A stretch of DNA of 62,201 bases, filler included, from Choristocarpus tenellus KU-1152 (Eukaryota; Protista; Phaeophyceae), in assembly GCA_964200185.2 (NCBI GenBank). It is 12 parts of 12 records of this genome, joined end to end, with 100 filler letters (N's around TTAATTAATTAA, not from the genome) between each part and the next. Parts side by side here need not be neighbours in the genome. Positions count along the whole stretch, not along the records: positions 50,744 to 56,094 come from CAXNAD020011063.1; positions 56,195 to 59,013 come from CAXNAD020024488.1; positions 59,114 to 62,201 come from CAXNAD020022404.1; 9 more parts are not named here. One strand, given 5' to 3'. This document shows positions 54,001-62,201 of the stretch, one piece after another. The translations under genes and the position numbers were made by a program. How positions within the stretch are numbered: the stretch's first letter is position 1; each line of letters begins with the position of its first letter. The notes below the pieces were generated by a model, which was given only the letters and a program-made list of their open reading frames with translations, did not search any database and was not told the DNA's origin.

Positions 54001-54602
54001 TTTCATCTTCTCTAGTGTAATATTAACGATCAACTATGTTCTATTCCTTTTCACATTTTTATTTTGCTGCTTGAGAATTAAAAAAATTCTGTAGGAAAAA
54101 CAAGAAATGTAAAGGAGATAAAGCAACAAAACAACCCCCAAACATAGAGAATGGAGGGGGGAAGGAAACACCGTATAGAACACACAACAGAAATTACTAT
54201 TATTAAATACACCCTTCTATGTATATCAGATACGCCAACCACAGAACAAAGATAAGTGTATGTAAACCAACAATAAAGAAATAACGAAAACTCCTAAATG
54301 GAGTTATGAAGACAGACGAGATTTGGGGAAGAATTCCACGAATCTGTCTACGCTCTCTACACCGACCTGGACCCTCAAACCTTGAAACTCAACTTTTTAT
54401 ACTGCTCTTGTAAAAAAACAATACTTTTTATTCCCTGCTTCGTTCTTCAAGCAGAAGATATTGTGAATTTGGTCGATGTTATGGTAAAAAAGGTGTCAAG
54501 ACATTGAAACGCCTAGTTTTAAAAATAGTTTGTTGTTTGATGTGTGATTGTGTTAGAGTAGAACTCTCCTATTACGCGTAGATCTCGTCCTGCACATCCA
54601 GT

Positions 54603-55159
54603 ATGAGAGTGATGAGGTCCACTAGGCAAACTCTTTTTGTGTGGATTGGCATTGGTCTCCATCAAGTACTCGCCACAAGGATTGCCAATGCCGCAGTTAT
54701 TTCATCAGGAGGGAGTTGGAAGCAGGAAACAAAGGATGGGTGGTTGGAATCTCATCCATCTTGGCTACCCTCGCGAGATGGAAATATTTGCATTGAGAGA
54801 GAAGATGACAGCGTGATTTCGATGGTTCATCCCGCATGTGTTCGCACTCAAGAGGAACGGAACTTAGGGGCTGTGTGTCCCATGCAGCAGTGCATAACAG
54901 GTAGTCAAGTACGGAGTACTTTTGTTGCTTGATTCTCCCTGCCTTGCTCTTGCGAAGTGTGGTAATTACGTGTATTATCCCACTCCATTTGTTCCTCCGC
55001 AATTGACATCCTTTCGTTGCTTCTTGAACGACGATAGAGCATAGGGTTGGCTACGTCCCAGACCCAAGCTGGTGCTTCGGACAACCGACGGAGAGGGATC
55101 CACCAGGAGGGTACTACGCACCAGTACCCACAAGTAGTGAAAGAAGGGAGACAGCCATG
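54603..55159 (+). CDS. Possible 5' exons of an orphan gene
   Basis: 54603-54900 (hydrophobic N-terminus, Cys-containing) joins in phase 1 to an open exon from about 55038 (EHRVGYVPDPSWCFGQP..). The continuation is ambiguous. Confidence 0.35.
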
Positions 55160-55258
55160 GTGTGTCATCCTCCTGACTCTCCGTACACGTTGGAGAATCC
55201 ATGGAATGGTCTGGTGTACAAGTAAGTGTCTCCTCCTCAAATATTCCAGCTTTTTGAT

Positions 55259-55439
55259 GGCTCAAAGTATCTGGGGTGGGTGGGTGGGGTTCTACACCAG
55301 AGTATCCATTTGAGCCCTCACCAGGAGAAGTGCACTTATATTATCCATCTGAAGCATGCAACCAAATTCACCCAAGAATCGCGACATAGCTAAATGAGCC
55401 CCGAATGGACAGCCGTCACCCCCCCAGGTACTTTGAGCC
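55259..55439. mobile_element. MITE family C, complete 181-bp copy
   Basis: TIRs ggctcaaagtatctgggg / ccccaggtactttgagcc, 4-bp TSD TGAT/TGAT. Confidence 0.92.
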
Positions 55440-56791
55440 TGATGTGACCAGTTAGTACTCACTGCACTCTTGAATGCTTGGTTGTGGGTGGTAGAACCCT
55501 CTTTTACTGCACGACATAGGCCGGAATATATAGGTTGTATTTTTGTTCGTTACAGGAGGTGAAATGCCATAGTTACAAAAAAGGATTAGGGAAAAAAGGG
55601 GTCATGTACGGTTGAAATCCACTCTAACTCATCATTTAATACATATTACCCCCAGAAAGATCCTCTCCTGAGCTTATCCTTACAGGCCAGGGTCGGGCAC
55701 AGCTCGATAAAGTATCTCCCAAATCATCAAAGATGATAGAGGTGATAAACCCAGCGAGATTGCTTGGTGTCTGTAGAGTGGTTGATTAAAGTTAAGTGAG
55801 GCATGCAGCACCCCATAAAATCATAAATATTTCCTTCTATAAGAGAATTTTTCTCATACAACTAATCATTAGTAAAAGGTTCTGATAACTCAACCACTAA
55901 TTGATTGTTCCTTTATTCCACATTTTACCGTAACTGTCCGATAGAGTTGGAAGAGTCTAATCGAACACAGCTAACCCTAGATATTGGCCTTAGTGATTTC
56001 ATCGACGATTGGGCCACCACCACCACCACGAACAGACCCAACGTATCTGGGAGGGGGAGGGGGTCTGCACCAGGGTGTCCATTTGGGTCATAACNNNNNN
56101 NNNNNNNNNNNNNNNNNNNNNNNNNNNNNNNNNNNNNNTTAATTAATTAANNNNNNNNNNNNNNNNNNNNNNNNNNNNNNNNNNNNNNNNNNNNCCCTTG
56201 CCCCTGGACACCGATGCCTCTTTCCCCCCCCGGCGTACAGCTGTCGAGAATTTTAGATGGGCTTCTGTATCACAGCGCCTCAGCCTTAGAGTGCTCTTGC
56301 CTTTATTTAGTCTAGGTGCTTTGCAACCCTCGGTTGTAGTCATCGCTGTCATCGAATGAATGGTGTGGTCTTTGCACCTGTGACTCAAGGTGTGGGAAGG
56401 GGATGTGTTGTACCCCCCCTTCGATGGAATACGCCTCCTGGTTGGGAGTATGAATTACCTCACTTTTTCTGTAGGTGCAGGCTACCTTTCGCTGATTGAA
56501 CTTGAACTTGAACTTGAACTTGTGAGTGGTATAATGCACTTCGTTCTTGCAGATGGAAGCAACACCTTGATGATCACACCTCGTTGCACGGCATAGTGAT
56601 CACTTTACTAGGGAGGTCGGTCGTGAGGTGGAGCTGTTCATGACTCGCTGCGTATTGGCACACTGCCCTGACTCTAATGCTTCTGCTCGGGGCACTCGTA
56701 GGTGTACACCCTGCTGTTGCTGACGTGGAGAGATTTGAAAACATTTCTTTTATTTCTTGCTTGAATTCACCCCGCCTCCCCACGCTCGCAG

Positions 56792-57059
56792 CCCCAAGAT
56801 TTCAAGGGACTTTGGCAGGCGAGTATAGAAAATAATGCCCGCCAAGTGAATTCTACTGAATTGGTGAGGGGCTCTCCAGCGCACTTGCTGCTGGATGCTC
56901 TGTCAATAGGACAGGAAGGCGTGCTTGCAGGTGCTGCCAAGTGCCTGGAGAGAGGACCTCCTTCAGCTGGAGGTAAGGGTGGGTTCCTCTCCTTAGAGAT
57001 ACACTTTGAATCGCCTGATACGGTGTGATTTTGTGGTGGGGTTTCAAGGAAGGGTGTGC

Positions 57060-57110
<51 letters not shown>

Positions 57111-57353
57111 TTCTCCTTCTGAAGGTTGAATTTCTGGCAGGACAAGGGACATTTTGCATTGGATTGTGACTTTTGAAATTTTGTTGCTTACTAGGTACTA
57201 CCTTGTAGTGATGACGAGTCTTGGGTCATGAGGGAGGATGTTGCTTGAAGTAGATGGTGTAGGTTTCCTTGGTTGCGCCTTGACAGCCTTAGGGTGAATA
57301 AGAGGGGAGGTTTGGAACATTTGGTAGAATTTAATGAGGTCGATTGTAAATTG

Positions 57354-57393
<40 letters not shown>

Positions 57394-58520
57394 TATAGCA
57401 ATGTAAGATTTTTTTATTTTGCCATGATCTGTGTGTTGTTGTTTTTTTGCTCAGTAGTAGACGAATATTCATTAACTGCTTGTGTTGCACCATGTGGGGG
57501 GTACAGGGAGTGTGATTGCAATTGTGGTGCAGCAAAGTGAGTGGTACGTCTGCTATGATAGTATGGTTGTATCTCAACTCGATTCATGGATCCTTGGACA
57601 TTTTGTGTGAATATATGCAAGTTTGTTCATATGTTGACCTCATCTCCCTCTGACCCAAACCTTGAACCTCATTGGGTTGTAGCTGAGCACACAGGAATCA
57701 TGGGTGATTGGCTGCAGGAGCTAGAAGTACAGCGACGTGCTCTTGCACTTGCTGTGAGTGCTGAGAATGATGCTGTGTCCTTTGGACGATGGGGACCTGG
57801 TGCCCTAGGAGGGAGTAAGATCTGGGGGAGCTGGGGAGGGAGAGGGGACAAGAGGTCTGTTGGGCTGCCAATGTGGGCTCAAGTGGCTCGTGTTCAGGGC
57901 TTCCAGTCTCTTGCTGTGAAGGCCCCCAAGATGAAGGAGCTTCGCAAAGGGTTGTATGCAAACAACATAACTCAGGTGATCCCCAGATCCTAGCACTCGG
58001 CATGCTCACAAACTAGACATGGATAAGGTACACCTTCTCTAAGTGTTTGAGCAGATAGCACACCCTGGAGAGTTACGGGTGGGGCAGGGCAGGGGAGGAA
58101 CTATTGCTTTTGAAATCATTGTGTAACGTCACGTAGGGTTACTGTCTCGAACTGTAGTCAGAGGCACTAATTGCACTCTGCACTGCATTTTGTACTAAAC
58201 TTGCTGCAACTGACTGTTGTGCTATGACCGATTGTATTGCCTGTGTTCTTGCCTTACTGCTCACGAGTTGTTTTGGGGTCATCCCGCCGCTTGTCGCTCC
58301 ACCCTCTCCCTCGAAATCTTGTGCTTGACCTGCCTCTGTGTCACTTGGTGATGAAGCCTTCCCAATTTGTTCTTGGTTAAGCTCTTATGTAGCGTATTGA
58401 TGTGAAGGATAGTTACAGGTGTACAATTATAATGCCTTTCACACAAACTCGGATCAATGGAACCACGTTTCTGTGAAAAGGAGTCTGACATCGATGGGTT
58501 TTGAACCCCAGCCTCCTTAA
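56792..58520 (+). CDS. 3' exons of an unknown protein
   Basis: Phase-compatible exons 56792-56972, 57683-57975 and 58419-58520 end ..ELRKGLYANNITQ|VYNYNAFHTNSDQWNHVSVKRSLTSMGFEPQPP*. Confidence 0.65.
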
Positions 58521-59244
58521 CTCTTCAGCTCTGAGGATGCAGGTCGGGCTCTCCTGATTGGTCTCTTTTGTTCCATTGATAAACCATTTGAAAACAGGGC
58601 GGAGGTTCAGACCAGAGCCTGTCCTCGATGGTCCTGGACTGGCCATGATAGGACATGTTTCGCCAGAGGCAATGCACAGTTTGGTCTGGTTGAAATCTAT
58701 GACCGACTTGGACCTACTCTGTTGAAGCACGTTTCGCCGGGGCCGGACCATTTGAATCTCTGATAGCCCCAGACTGATCCTGTTGAGACATACTTCACAG
58801 TGGCCCAGTCTTATCCTATCGCATACGCCCGATCCTGTAAAAATTAATTGAAGTTTTGAGTTGATTATTGTGAAGTAGTCTGTTTCAGACGGTTCCGCAT
58901 ACACTACCCTTGCGTAAGATGTTAAAAAAAATTTAATTATATGATTAATATTGATGTTGTTCTAGGCAGTGTATGTATAGTTGTAAAGGGTGCATGGTCA
59001 CTGGGAGGGGGGGNNNNNNNNNNNNNNNNNNNNNNNNNNNNNNNNNNNNNNNNNNNNTTAATTAATTAANNNNNNNNNNNNNNNNNNNNNNNNNNNNNNN
59101 NNNNNNNNNNNNNCATACTTGACGACTTGTGCATCAGGAGTCATATACGTGCATCAGTATCATCTATAGGCCTTTAGATTGGAGCTATACATCCTGTGGA
59201 GGTAAGCTTCTGGGGCGCGCTGTAACACTTCCCTGCCTGGTAAA

Positions 59245-59432
59245 TGGTCAAACCAACTGAGAGGTAGGCAGGGTTGTATTTCAAAAATCCCGATAAAGGG
59301 CAAAATATGTGACATTTTTGTACAATTACAGAAAGAGCCTTCGCTGAATTGTGGTGTGATATTTTGTGTGCAAGGTGGGAATATCAATTTTGTGTACAAT
59401 ACTGTGCACATAAAGCAATAAAATAGAGTACA
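59245..59432. mobile_element. MITE family D, truncated
   Basis: ggtcaaaccaactgagaggtaggcag, with interior colinear with 46394-46648. Confidence 0.8.
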
Positions 59433-60706
59433 GACCTCACAACTATTCATGCACTCTTAGCTTGATCATAAAATTTTGCACAGGAACTCATAGACACCCC
59501 CCCCCTACGCCATTCCTCATGGTCCTACTGGATTACCATGTCTACTAACTGGTAGAGCCTCTCCTCATTTTTCCCAAGCACAGACCACACAGCCCCTCCC
59601 TGTTCCTTTCCTCCTGGTGCTGATTCAGCACTGTGGCTTTTTAGTTGTGGATGTTGTCACCTTTTCCCTCAGCACAGCTCCTATAGATTACTCAGGCAAA
59701 CACCCCCCAGTATTCCTTTCCTCGTGGGGCTGATGGCGCATTGTGTCTACTAACTGACGGAGCGTCCCCTCCTCTTTTCCCATGGCGCAGCCCCCAACTG
59801 TTACCTGCTGACAACAATGTATCCTACAGTTCCCCATCCTGACCATAAAAAAGTCCCCAGTAGAGTAGCCCATTTCAGGTGTTGCAAGCGAAGCACAGGA
59901 ATACTTCACTATATTATCCCCACATTAACCATTGTCACAACATTTTTTGTCGTAGCGCATGTAATTCTCGACACAGTGTGTCTCTGTTGATAAACGGTAG
60001 GGTAGAGAAGTGATTGCAACTTGAGGTATGGGAACGAAGTATATAAGAGGATATTGAAGAGATACACAGGACACCTGCTGCGTTGTCATTCTTACAGCAA
60101 TGTTACAAATTCATTAGCTTCTTAGTTGGACGGGAGTTGTGACCATTTTATTGGTATTACCATCCTCTGTTGTTGAGGTAAAAAAAAGTAGCAGGAATAT
60201 CTTGGCCAATGTCTGGTCCTCACTATATCTTGACATGGCATTACCTCACCATTATTTGACGGATAAAAAATGAATATACACTCTCGGATAACTTTATATG
60301 CAACCAAGTGTATATAATCTAGATCTTTGCTTACTATTTAGTAGGAGTGAGCGTCTCAACAACAAAATGAGGTGTATGCCGAAATGGTATCATGTGAGTG
60401 TTCCAGTAGTCCCTAGTTGCCTAATATTCAGCTCACACAAAAAAATGATAGACAACAAGACTGGTCTGATTGCCCCATCCTGGATGAAGCAATATGGCAT
60501 ACCATAGGTTAACATGACCAATTTGCTCAATATACTTAGCTGCAAAGCAACATAGAGTGCCACACTATAATAATACTTAATTTCTGGCATCCTCGATTTT
60601 TTTTACATCCTTCGGATGTTTTTTCTCCATCCACTTTCTTAACAAAATTTGCGTTAAGAAAATTGGGGTTAGGGTTAGCTATTCTTCTGAACAAGTGTAT
60701 CATTTT

Positions 60707-61097
60707 GACCCAAAGCATTTGAGAGGGTAGGAGTTTTGCCCTGTTGGTCCGTTCAAGGCTTGACTTCCGCCATTATTTTTACCCCTTTTCGATTTTCTGT
60801 GTAAAACAGTTACCTAAAATGTACACAGCTATGAAATGTGTGTCCGGAGCAAGGATATGACACTTAACAGCCGATTTCAAAAATTGAGGATGGAGCTTTT
60901 CATTGAGGATGGGCTTGACCCAAAATTGACTGGGATAAAGTGTCGATACGTTTTTTTTGTAAATGTTCGTATCCTCAATTTTTGAAATGGGCTGTTACTT
61001 GCTGACAAACACGTAGCCAAAATTTCTCAAAACATCAACATTGGTTTTATTACCCTGAACGGACACAGCTCTACTACCCTCTTACATGCTTTGACTC
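60707..61097. mobile_element. MITE family A2 interrupted by a 131-bp element
   Basis: gacccaaagcatttgagagggta..taccctcttacatgctttgactc, flanks TTTT/CTTT. Confidence 0.85.
60866..60996. mobile_element. Small MITE (family E) nested in A2
   Basis: 26-bp TIR aacagcc(g/c)atttcaaaaattgaggat (25/26 match), with ACTT duplicated on both sides. Confidence 0.9.
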
Positions 61098-61313
61098 CTT
61101 TTAACGACGCGGTTCAAATAACACCAATCTGTGTGTGTGTGTGTGTGTTATTGGTCCAAGAAACAAACGAAATCAGGGTACCTCTTTCAACGCCACCAAT
61201 AATGTGGCAATTGTAAGACTCACCCTGCCTCCATTCCCAACAACAAAGCCTTGCAGGGAGAAACAAGAAAAGGGAGGGAGTTCATCTTCGGCTTCTCACA
61301 AGATCACAGAATT

Positions 61314-61584
61314 GAGCTAAACCAATTGAAAGGTAGGCAGATTTGAACCCTTGTGCACTCTAAGCCACCTTTCTTACCCTGTGGAATATACCCTATTCCA
61401 TTGCCTTATGTGAACGAATATAATAGTGCATGCAAAATTGAGATTCCCCCTTTCCACAAACAAAATTACACCACAATTCAGCAAAGAAAGGCTCTGCCTG
61501 CATATTGTAGAACATGACATTTTTTTCCCACTTTCTCGGGATCCATAAGATGCAACCTTGCCTACCTCTCAGTTGGTTTATCAC
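61314..61584. mobile_element. MITE family D, reverse orientation
   Basis: gagctaaaccaattgaaaggtaggca..tgcctacctctcagttggtttatcac, 3-bp TSD ATT. Confidence 0.85.
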
Positions 61585-61999
61585 ATTGTTGGGACAGTGC
61601 AGATGATGTACCTTATGAAGTGCTTTTATTGTTGCCTTTATGCAGGGCAACCACTGTTCCTCGGCAAGGGGGTAGGGGAGCACAGGTCTATCTGCAGGGA
61701 TTGACTTGATGCAGGTCTCTAAGACATGGTCAGGTGTTTGATGATGGGACTGACTTGGAAGACCATTTCAGGGTATGATCTTATACTTTTACTCCTACTG
61801 CATTTGCCAGTCAGCAACATGAATAGTATAGAGTGAATTCCACATGACTACCCCTTGGTGAGGGGTAGTGGAGCGCAAGCCAACCTGAGAGGGCTTGCTA
61901 CAGACATCATGACCTACAGCAGTAGGCAGTGGGTACAAAAGAAAGGTCATCCCTCCCTTCGAAGGGCCTTGATTGTATGCCCTCATTGACATTGACAGA

Positions 62000-62201
62000 G
62001 AGTGAAAGTATCTTAGAGGTTACGAGTTTTGCCCTGTTTGTCCATTTGGGGCTTGACTTCCCACGGGTTTTTAATGACATACTACCTACTCCAAAATGTT
62101 TCCGAGTAGGTAGAATGTATAAGCTATGAAAAGATGTGTCCGGAACAAGGATATTGACATCTCCTAACAATCACAATAGCCAAAATTACATCAAAATTGC
62201 A
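62000..62201. mobile_element. MITE family A1, cut by window end
   Basis: gagtgaaagtatcttagaggttacgagttttgccctg.. Confidence 0.92.

Noticed and set aside
58413-58904. 163-aa minus-strand ORF
   Set aside because: No motif; it overlaps the better-supported plus-strand final exon and its 3' UTR.

Overview
Eukaryotic genomic DNA with spliceosomal introns, most likely a photosynthetic stramenopile of brown-algal type. That placement is an inference from intron-rich genes, RTE LINE motifs and TTAGGG repeats. The window is 12 short contigs joined by artificial 100-bp N/TTAATTAATTAA/N linkers, so no synteny holds across the gaps and most ORF-track entries are spurious. Genes rebuilt exon by exon: an alpha/beta hydrolase, a TRP-like channel fragment, a coiled-coil (TPH-like) fragment, a complete 5-exon PPR gene, a C3HC4 RING protein, PTPA, the 3' end of a choline/ethanolamine kinase, an NAD(P)-binding atypical SDR and three orphan genes. 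Decayed Gypsy, RTE, CRE-like and Tc1 elements are also present. The most striking structure is a clan of at least four internally dissimilar non-autonomous TIR elements (about 25 copies or ends). They share one bipartite terminus (G-R-N-Y-S-AAA, then GAGG at position 17), leave 3- or 4-bp target duplications, nest in one another, and one G-rich family coincides with several contig breaks. Other notable points: short interstitial TTAGGG repeats including one that overwrites a TIR, GC-AG introns, purine-rich acceptors, and a PPR exon that is exactly two repeats long.
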